Below, piece by piece: positions 1 through 8,085 of a DNA stretch of 32,000 bases (the first letter of the stretch is position 1; each line of letters starts with the position of its first letter). Source of the DNA: Candidatus Thalassarchaeaceae archaeon (GTDB lineage Archaea > Thermoplasmatota > Poseidoniia > Poseidoniales > Thalassarchaeaceae); contig JBJLBP010000001.1 of NCBI GenBank assembly GCA_045568075.1, positions 1,050,001-1,082,000 of the forward strand. Direction: 5' to 3'. Made by a program: the position numbers and the translations under genes. The notes under the pieces were generated by a model that was given only the letters and a program-made list of their open reading frames with translations, was not told the origin of the DNA and did not search any database.

Positions 1-583
1 GCATCGGTAGAGGATCTTCAACCAACCAAACACGTCTGAAGATGATGAAATACATCACTCCGAGGAAGCCAGCGAACATACTGGCGATGATTCCGATGAA
101 AGCAATTTGGAAGGTATCGACAGAAGTAATGAGGAATACATCGCCTAATTTGTAATCTTCCGAATATGCTAACAAGAATATCGCTGGAAAAGTGAAGATG
201 AATCCTGTTGAAGCATGGGTTGCTCCTGTGGTTGCAGAAGTCGAAATGTTGACTTCGGAAGGAGACCATTGCAGTGCCATTCCAGTTAGATATGCAACAT
301 ACCACGCAGCGGAGACTGCTAGGCCGATCTTCAAGCCGATGTAAGCAGTCACTCCGCTGAACACAGCTCCGATCAAAATTCCAATTAGCACCTTCTTGGT
401 ATCCCAATGAGAGACCTCGAAGGATTCGTTGAGATTCTTCTCTTCGAGGTATTGTTCGAGGACACCGGTGTTGAGATTGTTGTACATGTCCTCGTCAAGC
501 CAAGAGAGAGTTCCTTTCTCGATAGCCTCCAATCCAGAAGGCGTGACCGGCTGTCGATAGGCAGAACGCTTGACGCCGGACAT
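1..583 (-). CDS. OPT-family oligopeptide transporter, N-terminal part (gene continues beyond the left edge)
   Basis: Not in the ORF track because it has no stop inside the window. Manual minus-strand translation from ATG 583..581 stays open to position 1: MSGVKRSAYRQPVTPSGLEAIEKGTLSWLDEDMYNNLNTGVLEQYLEEKNLNESFEVSHWDTKKVLIGILIGAVFSGVTAYIGLKIGLAVSAAWYVAYLTGMALQWSPSEVNISTSATTGATHASTGFIFTFPAIFLLAYSEDYKLGDVFLITSVDTFQIAFIGIIASMFAGFLGVMYFIIFRRVWLVEDPLP. The AYxGLKxGxxxSA first helix and the later TxAxxGxxFTxPA segment match the pattern I recall for OPT transporters. Track ORFs 18..407(-), 385..594(-) and 407..694(+) are C/R/H-rich off-frame shadows of this gene. Confidence 0.6.
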   Translation of the reverse strand, partial: MSGVKRSAYRQPVTPSGLEAIEKGTLSWLDEDMYNNLNTGVLEQYLEEKNLNESFEVSHWDTKKVLIGILIGAVFSGVTAYIGLKIGLAVSAAWYVAYLTGMALQWSPSEVNISTSATTGATHASTGFIFTFPAIFLLAYSEDYKLGDVFLITSVDTFQIAFIGIIASMFAGFLGVMYFIIFRRVWLVEDPLPM

Positions 584-677
584 GGTGTTCCCAACTGTTC
601 ACGGTCGCTGAAAGCCGCTTATACTTCGGGGTTGAACTCTTGTTCAATCCCGCCGAATGGCGAGGTAGAGTGCGATT

Positions 678-1064
678 TCAGTGGTCACGAGTAATCTTGT
701 ATCGGCCCATGGCCTCAACCCATTGAATCTCTCCACCAGGTTGCAAGTTCAAGCCCTCCTCGAGAGGAAGGATGAGATTGGAGTAGGTCTTGTTGTCCAT
801 TGCATGAACCTCATTACCCTGAACATGAGTGATGATTGCTGAACCCTTCTCTAGCAATGGCACCTGGATATTGTCCGTCACTGTGCCAACGTGAGACCGC
901 TTTTGCTTGGTGAAGAGGTCTTCCAATTCGAGGCGGGCTTTTGCACTACCGTGCTTGCCTGGCTTTGACTTGGATATGCTGAGGATCTTGTATGCGCTCT
1001 CATCGATTGCGACGTAGCGGCCGACCTTGAGTGTTCGAATCTCGACGCGGGATGTTCCGGGCAT
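678..1064 (-). CDS. eif5a: translation initiation/elongation factor 5A (aIF5A)
   Basis: 128-aa ORF with ATG start. It carries the hallmark hypusine/deoxyhypusine loop SKSKPGKHGSAKAR (modified Lys = K37, codon 954..956), an N-terminal SH3-like barrel segment (LKVGRYVAIDESAYKILSI) and a C-terminal OB-like half. An AGGTGA Shine-Dalgarno-like site lies 4 nt upstream. The near-neutral composition argues against a salt-in halophile. Confidence 0.93.
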   Translation of the reverse strand: MPGTSRVEIRTLKVGRYVAIDESAYKILSISKSKPGKHGSAKARLELEDLFTKQKRSHVGTVTDNIQVPLLEKGSAIITHVQGNEVHAMDNKTYSNLILPLEEGLNLQPGGEIQWVEAMGRYKITRDH

Positions 1065-1068
1065 TTAC

Positions 1069-1074
1069 TCACCT
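1069..1074 (-). promoter_or_regulatory. Shine-Dalgarno-like site of aIF5A
   Basis: The minus strand reads ccatAGGTGAgtaaATG. AGGTGA is complementary to the conserved 3' end of archaeal 16S rRNA, with a 4-nt spacer. Confidence 0.5.
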
Positions 1075-1206
1075 ATGGAAGGAGCCCGATGCTCCGTCTT
1101 ATGATGATTGTGCGAGATACCTCACGCACTGAATGTCGTAGGTTGATTCAGCAATGAATCATGGAGAGAGCTTACGCTCTATTCTCGTTGTACCCAAAGG
1201 TAGGGT

Positions 1207-1238
1207 CCCGGGCCGAGGACCGGAGTCCCCGGCCCGGG
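1207..1238 (-). terminator. GC-rich hairpin 22 nt downstream of the mega-gene stop (candidate terminator or RNA-stabilising structure)
   Basis: CCCGGGCCG (1207..1215) pairs perfectly with CGGCCCGGG (1230..1238). An inner GGAC/GTCC stem lies at 1217..1220 / 1225..1228. A second hairpin, GACTGAAC-TGG-GTTCAGTC (1248..1266), overlaps the stop codon. No long oligo-T run follows on the minus strand, so terminator function is uncertain. Confidence 0.3.
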
Positions 1239-1260
1239 GTTTTCGTCGACTGAACTGGGT

Positions 1261-4200
1261 TCAGTCGTCCTTTCGGCGGCCTGCAAGGCCGACTCCGATT
1301 GCCGCTCCTAGGAGCGCCAGAGTCGAGATGATTCCTGTGAATCCAGGGACGTTCTCGCGGAAGTTGTCGAATCCTGTGTTGGTTTCAGTGTTGTCTCCAA
1401 CAACTGTCTCATCTACACTGTCATCGATTGCATCGCAGATTCCGTCTTGGTCGTAATCGACTGGAACGCTGTCTGCCTTCTCAGGGTTCGAACCGCACGC
1501 GTCCTCATCCTCATCGGAGTAAGTGTCGCCGTCGTCGTCGTCGTCGGCATTGTTACCGATTCCATCGCCGTCAGTGTCGATCCACTCGTTGATGTCGTAT
1601 GGGAACGCATCGCTAACGTCTGGTGAGCTGTCACCATCGTCGTCAGTGTCAGCATTGTCGCCAACTCCATCGCCGTCGTAGTCAGAAGTCTCCTGTGGGT
1701 TCAGCGGGAAGGCGTCGTCGACATCAGCGACTCCGTCGCCGTCATCGTCCTCATCGGTGTTGTCACCAATGCCATCTTCATCGCTGTCAATCCACTCAGT
1801 GGAATCCATTGGGAAGTCGTCGATTCCGTCATTCACACCGTCGCCATCGTCGTCAGCGTCAGAGTTGTCGCCCTGACCGTCGCCATCGCTATCCATCCAC
1901 TCGGATGGGTCCTCTGGGAACGCATCATCCACGTCAGCATAGCCATCGCCGTCGTCGTCGTCATCAGCATTGTTGCCGATTCCATCGCCGTCGTCGTCAG
2001 CCCACTCGCTTGAGTCTAGTGGGAATGGATCTGCAACGTCTGCAACACCGTCACCGTCGTCGTCTGGGTCCTTGTTGTCGCCCAGCATGTCGCCGTCGGT
2101 GTCATCCCACTCACTTGCGTCTAGTGGGAAGGCATCATTCGCATCTTCAACTCCGTCATCGTCGTCATCGGTGTCAGCATTATCGCCGGTTCCGTCGCCG
2201 TCGGTGTCGACCCACTCATTTGCATCGAATGGGAAGTCGTCTAGACCATCGGTCACGCCGTCATCGTCGTCGTCAGCATCAGCATTGTCGCCGGTTCCAT
2301 CGCCGTCGTTATCGGCGACTTCACTCGCATCGAGTGGGAACGCGTCAGTGTCGTCATCGACTCCGTCGTTGTCGTCGTCGCTGTCCATGATATCGCAGAT
2401 GTGGTCGCCCTCGAAGTCATCTGGTGTCGAATTAGCTACTAGCGGATCTGATCCACAGGTTGCCTCGTCGTCGTCACTCCAGGTGTCATCGTCGTCATCC
2501 TCGTCGAGGGTGTAGGCAGCTGGGTCACAAGGGGTGCCGTTCAAGTTGTTAGCACCTAGAGTGTCAGCCAGTCCATCACCATCGGTGTCGGTGCTGAGAC
2601 ATGGATCTAGTGGATCCAAGTCATCATCGTCGAGCACACCGTCGTTATCGTCGTCAGTGTCGAGGTTCGTGACATAGGTTGGCCACGAGACTGTGACGTC
2701 ATCAAGCCAGACTGTGTCTGCATTGCCATCGACGATTGAGTCCTTGAAGTAGACCCAGTGGAAGTCGTGGGTTCCTGCAGCAACATTGTGCGTGTAGGTT
2801 CCAGAAGTCAATCCGGACCAGCGAGCCACGTATCCTGACGTGCGAGTGCAACTTGTCGTGTCGACACAGAAGACTAGGAAGTCCCAGTTTCCTTCAGTCG
2901 ATACATCGTAAGCGAAGCTAATCGAAGCCATGTCGGCGATTCCGTCACCATCGGTGTCGGTGTCGTTGATCATGTTCCCTACGGTAGCAGACAGCCATGT
3001 GTCCTGACTTCCACCGATGTCTCCGCTCTCAGCCGAATACATTCCGCTGATGACATTCGTGCTCTGGACGAACCATAGAGCGTCACCCGAAGTTGACCAG
3101 AATCCGCCTATTGAGCCAGATTCGAAGTCTCCCTGGAATGCAGCAGGCGAGGTGTAATCCGCGATTCCGTCGCCATCAGTGTCGACAGACATTGTGCTGT
3201 CGAATGGGAAGGCGTCGTCTTCGTCGAGCACACCGTCGTTGTCGTCGTCTGGGTCAGCGTTGTCTCCAGCACCGTCACCATCGAAGTCGAAGCAATCGGC
3301 TGGGTCGTTCGGCAACTGGTCGACTGTGTCGTTGCAACCATCGTTGTCATCGTCGTCGTCAGCATTGTCGCCGATTCCGTCACCATCTGCATCAGAAGTC
3401 TCGGTCGGATCAAGTGGGAACTCGTCGTTGAGATCGTAGGTTCCGTCGTTGTCGTCATCAGTGTCTTGGATGTCACAATATCCGTCACCATCGCTGTCTA
3501 GGTATTCCGAAGCATCAAGCGGACAGTCGTCGTTAACGTCGAGCCATCCGTCGTTGTCGTCATCTGGGTCTGTGTCCAGACCGTCAGACTTGACCACCAC
3601 GTTGTCGAGGTATATCGCCTCTGAACCGGAGTTCGAAGCGAATTCGACAAGTAGGTATCCTGTGCCATCAACCTCGCCTGCGACTGTCGTCCAAACTCCC
3701 TCGTATGCTGGGAAGTCGGTGTCGATGTCGTAGCCGTTGGTGTCCAAGAGAACCGTTGTTGTGGTTCCAACCCAAGAGACTGTGATGTAATCAGAGGTCT
3801 CCCAGCCGGTGCTTGCAACGAATAGGTCGAGCGATACATGGTCTGCGTCAGATACTGATCCTGTCATCCACTGAATGATTCCGTCAGAGTCCGACATCTG
3901 GTATCCTTGGTCGCCGTCTGTGAAAGCACCGACAGTCGAGGCATAGTTAGTGACACCGAAGTAGTCACCATCAGTCAGACCATTGCTACCGGTCGAGATG
4001 TATGAAGCCGTGTAGCCGAGGTCACCAGGGGTTACTGTTGCAGAGAATCCAACCATCTGGTAGCTCGCACCGCCAGTGAATGGATCGGCATCCTGTGACC
4101 AAGTGTAAGTTCCAGCCTCAGTCCATGGACCCCATGTATTTCCACCATTGCTAGCCCAGGCAGTGTAGGAGTCACCGTCGTCAGCTGCCATCAGCAGGTG

Positions 4201-6354
4201 ACCAGATGGACCAGTCAGGGACATTGCGTGGTACGCGTAGGTGTAACCAGAGACGATGGAAGCAGACAGCGTCTCACCCTCAGCGAGAGTGAAGCTGCAG
4301 GTGAACGCGTATCCAGTTAATCCACCAGTCGTACAAGCGGTGTAGCTCGCCGAGTCGTAGTTGACTGAAGGTTCGCCAGCGTTGTTCGCTAGAGTGTGGT
4401 TAACCGACGAGTTACCTGTGTCGGTATACATTCCACTTGCACTAGCAGGCGCCTCGAAGGAGATTGTTCCAACGACTGCACCGCAGGAGTTGATTGCATC
4501 CTGACTGTCAGGCATGCCATCTCCGTCGGTATCGACGCTTGCACAGGCATTGTTCTGCCAAACGTCTGGGTTGTCGTTGACTCCATCGCCATCGTCGTCG
4601 TTATCGGCGTTGTCGCCGACTCCGTCGCCATCAAGGTCAGATGATTCTGTGTCGTCGTTCGGGAATGCATCGTTGATGTCCCAAACTCCGTCTCCGTCGT
4701 CATCGTCGTCGCGAACTAGAGTGCTGGTGCATCCTGCAACCAATGTGTCAGGCTTACCGTCGCTGTCTGAATCAGTGTCTGCACACTCGTCTAGTGAGAA
4801 TGCATCGTCGACATCTAATGTGCCGTCACCGTCATCATCAGTGTCAGCATTGTTACCAGTGCCGTCACTGTCTGTATCGACCCACTCATTGACATCATCA
4901 GGGAATACATCCGCAGTGTTGGCGTATGAGTCACCGTCGCGGTCACTGTCTAGTGCGTCACAGGTCAGATCTGCGTCAATGTCTCCTGGTGTGCTGGAGG
5001 AATCGAGTGGATCTGCTGTTGAAGCATAGGCGCCACCGTCGTCACAGTTGGTTGTTTCATCAAGATCTGTGTAACCGTCTGCGTCGTCATCGTAGTCGAG
5101 TAGAGTTCCGTAAGGCGTCACAGTAGCAGCAACTGTTCCAGTGATGTAGGTGTAGGAAGCCTGTACCCAGCAGACACCGTAGAATGAGGATGGGTTGCAT
5201 CCGTCACCATAGGAGTCGTAGTAGTAGATGGTGTACGAACCAGCAGTGGTCAATGTCGCGACTGCGTAATTACCACCGCTGCCGAATCCTGAGTATGAGG
5301 TACTCGTGCCAGATGGATCTGTAATGACCAAACCAGCCTCGCTTCCCCAACTACCTGTGTTCAGCGTGACATCTAGTGTCTCGCCAGCGGGCAGAGTGAA
5401 AGAGCACTCTGCGTCCTCGTAGCTGTTGATTGGGTTCGAGTTAGTGTCACTAGACTGAACCGCGATGTATCCGCCGACTGGCTGGTCTGGGTAGGTCGTG
5501 TAGGAAGTGCTGTACCAAGTCGAACCAGTGCAGAGTTGCACAGTCGAGGTAGATACCTGAGTTAGACTGTCGTGCAGCGTATCTGCAGCGCCATCACCAT
5601 CGGTGTCATTCCACGCGTGGGTGTCGAAGGCAAAGGCATCAGCAGTGTCGAGGTAACCATCGTTGTCATCGTCAGTGTCGACGTAGTCACAGAGGTTGGT
5701 AGCACCTGTTGCATCGCTTGGCAGAACTGAGTCGCCATCGTTGTCGCTTGGTGTGCTCGAAGCACTGTAACGGTCAGTCATACAGGCAATCTCGTAGACA
5801 TCGTCCCATCCGTCATTGTCGTAGTCCAGTGGGTATGTGTCATCGCCGTCTGGAGTGCCGTCGCCGTCGTCGTCAGAATCGTCGTTGTTTCCGATACCAT
5901 CGCCGTCGTCGTCTCGCCACTCGCTGGAGTCATCTGGAGCCCAGTCGTCAACGTCGTCAGTTCCGTCACCATCGTCGTCGGTGTCGGCGTTGTCGCCGGT
6001 TCCGTCGCCGTCGGTGTCAGTCGTCTCAGACGAGTCCAGTGGGAAGTCGTCGTAGGCGTCAAGGACACCATCGCCGTCATCGTCCGTGTCTTCGGTCAGA
6101 GTTGTAGTGCAACCGCTGACGATTGAGTCAGGCATTCCGTCTCCATCTGTGTCGACATTAGCACAAGCATCGGATGGGAAGGCATCTTCGTTGTCTCCCA
6201 TTCCGTCAGCGTCTGTGTCATCCCATTCTGATGCATCGAGTGGGAACTGATCGTTTAGATCATCATCACCGTCATCATCAGTGTCAGTGTCTAGTGGATC
6301 TGTTCCAGCTGTTGCCTCATCTGTGTCAGATACTCCGTCACCATCGTCATCCAA
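1261..6354 (-). CDS. C-terminal block of a giant Asp-rich surface protein: TSP3-like Ca-binding repeats, beta-rich lectin-like modules and a PGF-CTERM anchor
   Basis: 1697-aa track ORF in which Asp is by far the commonest residue. It has dozens of DxDxDGxGDNxDxDDDGDG loops (thrombospondin type-3-like). These are interrupted by non-acidic modules (AGSYTIYYYDSYGDGC; GDFESGSIGGFWSTSGDALW...WLDDVTVSW, jelly-roll/MAM-like by eye). It ends in PGF + TM + RRKDD. The track start is a TTG (6354..6352) and the frame stays open upstream to TAG 6415..6417. There is no signal peptide, so this is not a real N-terminus. Confidence 0.85.
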   Translation of the reverse strand: MDDDGDGVSDTDEATAGTDPLDTDTDDDGDDDLNDQFPLDASEWDDTDADGMGDNEDAFPSDACANVDTDGDGMPDSIVSGCTTTLTEDTDDDGDGVLDAYDDFPLDSSETTDTDGDGTGDNADTDDDGDGTDDVDDWAPDDSSEWRDDDGDGIGNNDDSDDDGDGTPDGDDTYPLDYDNDGWDDVYEIACMTDRYSASSTPSDNDGDSVLPSDATGATNLCDYVDTDDDNDGYLDTADAFAFDTHAWNDTDGDGAADTLHDSLTQVSTSTVQLCTGSTWYSTSYTTYPDQPVGGYIAVQSSDTNSNPINSYEDAECSFTLPAGETLDVTLNTGSWGSEAGLVITDPSGTSTSYSGFGSGGNYAVATLTTAGSYTIYYYDSYGDGCNPSSFYGVCWVQASYTYITGTVAATVTPYGTLLDYDDDADGYTDLDETTNCDDGGAYASTADPLDSSSTPGDIDADLTCDALDSDRDGDSYANTADVFPDDVNEWVDTDSDGTGNNADTDDDGDGTLDVDDAFSLDECADTDSDSDGKPDTLVAGCTSTLVRDDDDDGDGVWDINDAFPNDDTESSDLDGDGVGDNADNDDDGDGVNDNPDVWQNNACASVDTDGDGMPDSQDAINSCGAVVGTISFEAPASASGMYTDTGNSSVNHTLANNAGEPSVNYDSASYTACTTGGLTGYAFTCSFTLAEGETLSASIVSGYTYAYHAMSLTGPSGHLLMAADDGDSYTAWASNGGNTWGPWTEAGTYTWSQDADPFTGGASYQMVGFSATVTPGDLGYTASYISTGSNGLTDGDYFGVTNYASTVGAFTDGDQGYQMSDSDGIIQWMTGSVSDADHVSLDLFVASTGWETSDYITVSWVGTTTTVLLDTNGYDIDTDFPAYEGVWTTVAGEVDGTGYLLVEFASNSGSEAIYLDNVVVKSDGLDTDPDDDNDGWLDVNDDCPLDASEYLDSDGDGYCDIQDTDDDNDGTYDLNDEFPLDPTETSDADGDGIGDNADDDDDNDGCNDTVDQLPNDPADCFDFDGDGAGDNADPDDDNDGVLDEDDAFPFDSTMSVDTDGDGIADYTSPAAFQGDFESGSIGGFWSTSGDALWFVQSTNVISGMYSAESGDIGGSQDTWLSATVGNMINDTDTDGDGIADMASISFAYDVSTEGNWDFLVFCVDTTSCTRTSGYVARWSGLTSGTYTHNVAAGTHDFHWVYFKDSIVDGNADTVWLDDVTVSWPTYVTNLDTDDDNDGVLDDDDLDPLDPCLSTDTDGDGLADTLGANNLNGTPCDPAAYTLDEDDDDDTWSDDDEATCGSDPLVANSTPDDFEGDHICDIMDSDDDNDGVDDDTDAFPLDASEVADNDGDGTGDNADADDDDDGVTDGLDDFPFDANEWVDTDGDGTGDNADTDDDDDGVEDANDAFPLDASEWDDTDGDMLGDNKDPDDDGDGVADVADPFPLDSSEWADDDGDGIGNNADDDDDGDGYADVDDAFPEDPSEWMDSDGDGQGDNSDADDDGDGVNDGIDDFPMDSTEWIDSDEDGIGDNTDEDDDGDGVADVDDAFPLNPQETSDYDGDGVGDNADTDDDGDSSPDVSDAFPYDINEWIDTDGDGIGNNADDDDDGDTYSDEDEDACGSNPEKADSVPVDYDQDGICDAIDDSVDETVVGDNTETNTGFDNFRENVPGFTGIISTLALLGAAIGVGLAGRRKDD
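1264..1347 (-). other. PGF-CTERM-type archaeosortase (ArtA) sorting signal
   Basis: The last 28 codons are PGF-TGIISTLALLGAAIGVGLAG-RRKDD-stop: a Pro-Gly-Phe tripeptide (1339..1347), one hydrophobic helix, then a short basic cluster at the extreme C-terminus. This is the tripartite layout of the PGF-CTERM family. Confidence 0.65.
1505..2350 (-). repeat. 8 tandem 105-bp (35-aa) TSP3-like units
   Basis: Eight consecutive units of (D/A)FPxDxxEWxDxDGDGxGDNxDxDDDGDGxxDxxD, from DAFPLDASEVADNDGDGTGDNADADDDDDGVTDGLD to AFPYDINEWIDTDGDGIGNNADDDDDGDTYSDEDE. They are diverged at nucleotide level, so the array is old. Confidence 0.8.
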
Positions 6355-6694
6355 GTCAAGGACGGTTCCAGCAGCGCTGGACGGATGGTGTTGCTGTGTC
6401 GCATCGTTAGAGTGCTAATTGAGCGCTGTCTGTGCACCGTGCTCCACATGAACTCGAGTGTAGTGATGACCATATGAATCCTGCAGATGCTCAGGAGTAC
6501 GGTCGTGTAGATCGAGTACGTAGCCGAGCAACTAGTCTAGCGCGCCCTCGCTTCCGAGCAGTAGGAATAACCGTGTTGTGAATGACACAGCCTGAGCCTC
6601 CACTGGCAGGTAACTGTGCAGTTCCATGCTCTCACCGTCACCATAGACTGTCAGCGATTGTTAGACTCGAGACTCGGTAATGTGACTGAGACTG
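6355..6694 (-). pseudogene. degenerate coding remnant linking ORF 6695..7909 to ORF 1261..6354
   Basis: No intact ORF. The frame of ORF 1261..6354 read upstream gives QSLTVYGDGESMELHSYLPVEAQAVSFTTRLFLLLGSEGALD-TAG-LLGYVLDLHDRTPEHLQDSYGHHYTRVHVEHGAQTALN-TAG-HSNDATQQHHPSSAAGTVLDLDDDGDG. This resembles the intact modules TYGDGGMSISVEDTTPPANAIAMVSL (ORF 28518..30821) and DSYGDGCNPSSFYGVCWVQASYTYITGTVAATVTPYGTLLDYDDDADG (ORF 1261..6354) in sequence and spacing. In-frame stops lie at 6532..6534 and 6415..6417, and an apparent extra base at about 6646. Confidence 0.55.
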
Positions 6695-7909
6695 TCACAG
6701 TGGGAAGTCGTCTGCCAGTCCGTCACCATCGGTGTCGGTCCAGGCATCCACGTCATTGTCGAATGCATCCACATCGTCTGCGTAACCATCGTTGTCGTCG
6801 TCGGTGTCAGCGTTGTCGCCAGTTCCGTCGCCGTCGTAGTCAGTAGTCTCACTCGAGTCGAGTGGGAATGCATCACTTGTGTCAACAACTCCGTCGCCGT
6901 CGTCGTCATCGTCGAGCGTGTTGCAAGACATGTCGCCATCGGTGTCGGTTGGTGTGTCACTCGAGTCTAGAGGATCGTTGCTCTCTCCACAGTTGGTGCT
7001 CTCATCGTCGTCAGAGAATCCATCGCCGTCGTCGTCGGTGTCAGCATTGTTGCCGGTTCCGTCGCCGTCAGTGTCCAGAGTCTCAGCCGAGTCTAGTGGG
7101 AACGCATCGCTTGCGTCGTCCACACCGTCACCGTCGTCATCTGTGTCAGCATTGTTTCCAATGGTGTCACCGTCTGTGTCATCCCACTCGCTTGGGTTGT
7201 TAGGGAACTGATCGGTAGCATCTGGGTCTCCGTCGCCGTCATCATCTGTGTCGACGGTGTCTTCGATTCCGTCTCCGTCATCGTCGGAGTCAGCATTGTG
7301 TCCCCATCCGTCGCCATCAGCATCGTACTGCTCAGTCGAGTCTAGTGGGAAGTCATCATCAGTGTCTGCGACACCATCTGCGTCGTCATCAGTATCTTCG
7401 TTGTTACCGATACCATCAGAGTCAGTGTCAACCCACTCATCAGAGTCAGCTGGGAAAGCATCAGAGCTGTCAATCCAGCCGTCGCCGTCATCATCGGTGT
7501 CGGCGCTGTTGATTATGCCGTCTCCGTCTAGATCGCCGTCCGGGTTCAGTGTGACTGCGGAAGTTGCAGCGCTCGCTGGGATGACTGTCGAGGAATCGCC
7601 AGTCGCATCAGTGTGGACTACAGTTACAGTGTAGGTCTTACCGAGCACACTGCAAACCGCCGTGCTCTCGCACGATGGAATCGTGTATGTGCTCGAAGTT
7701 GCTCCGGAGATGTCTCCGTCAGCATCTGCCCACTGGTAAGCGAACGTGCCCATGCCGTCGTCGTCTGTTAGAAGACTGGTGTCTGCAGTCAGAACTTCGT
7801 CGTCATACGCGTCGCCAGATATCTGGATGTAGGTTGTTGCAATTGTTCCGTCCTCGATGACGATTGTAGCATAGTTACCACCGTCTCCGTAGCTATCAGT
7901 TACTACCAT
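6695..7909 (-). CDS. internal block of the giant surface protein: YGDGG module end, Ig-like YQW module, TSP3-like repeats
   Basis: 404-aa track ORF. It begins mid-module (MVVTDSYGDGGNYATIVIEDG) with no signal peptide. It contains GTFAYQWADADGDISGATSSTYTI (Ig-like YQW...GATSSTYT pattern), then about 8 TSP3-like units, and ends DGDGLADDFPL-TGA. Confidence 0.8.
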   Translation of the reverse strand: MVVTDSYGDGGNYATIVIEDGTIATTYIQISGDAYDDEVLTADTSLLTDDDGMGTFAYQWADADGDISGATSSTYTIPSCESTAVCSVLGKTYTVTVVHTDATGDSSTVIPASAATSAVTLNPDGDLDGDGIINSADTDDDGDGWIDSSDAFPADSDEWVDTDSDGIGNNEDTDDDADGVADTDDDFPLDSTEQYDADGDGWGHNADSDDDGDGIEDTVDTDDDGDGDPDATDQFPNNPSEWDDTDGDTIGNNADTDDDGDGVDDASDAFPLDSAETLDTDGDGTGNNADTDDDGDGFSDDDESTNCGESNDPLDSSDTPTDTDGDMSCNTLDDDDDGDGVVDTSDAFPLDSSETTDYDGDGTGDNADTDDDNDGYADDVDAFDNDVDAWTDTDGDGLADDFPL

Positions 7910-8085
7910 CAGAGTAAGTGCCTGCAGTGGTAATCAGCGTAGGAGTCCAGTGTAGTACCAGCCTGTAGCCCAAGCTGAAGCAGTGCCGTCAATCTATAGA
8001 CCACACTCGCTCGCGAGTAATCAGTCGTAGGTCAACGTAATCGTAGGCCCTCTGAAGGCTCGTGATGGTCAGACTGTAGGTGCTA
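7910..8085 (-). pseudogene. frame-scrambled remnant of a YGDGG-type module
   Basis: Pieces of one module lie in alternating minus-strand frames: STYSLTITSLQRAYDYVDLRLITRE / IDGTASAWATGWYYTG / TLITTAGTY / LMVVTDSYGDGGNYATIVIEDG. There is an in-frame TGA at 7989..7991. Joined, they parallel GSFSIMSGSTAEVTYTCDYWCPYETSVDIDKPDGTTDSWAVGS...TDAGTYTVTMEDTYGDGGMSISVED of ORF 28518..30821. Confidence 0.55.

Noticed and set aside
18-694. Track ORFs 18..407(-), 385..594(-), 407..694(+)
   Set aside because: Their translations are C/R/H-rich or otherwise implausible. The third minus-strand frame gives a clean OPT-transporter N-terminus running off the window edge.
878-1072. 64-aa minus-strand ORF overlapping aIF5A
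   Set aside because: It is an alternative frame of a confidently identified conserved gene and has no features of its own.
6415-6697. In-frame TAG/TGA codons as pyrrolysine or selenocysteine recoding, or programmed readthrough
   Set aside because: The stops co-occur with a frameshift and with degenerate, His-rich sequence. No Pyl or Sec machinery or SECIS-like element is visible in the window, and both TAG and TGA clearly terminate other genes here. Pseudogenisation or error is the simpler explanation.
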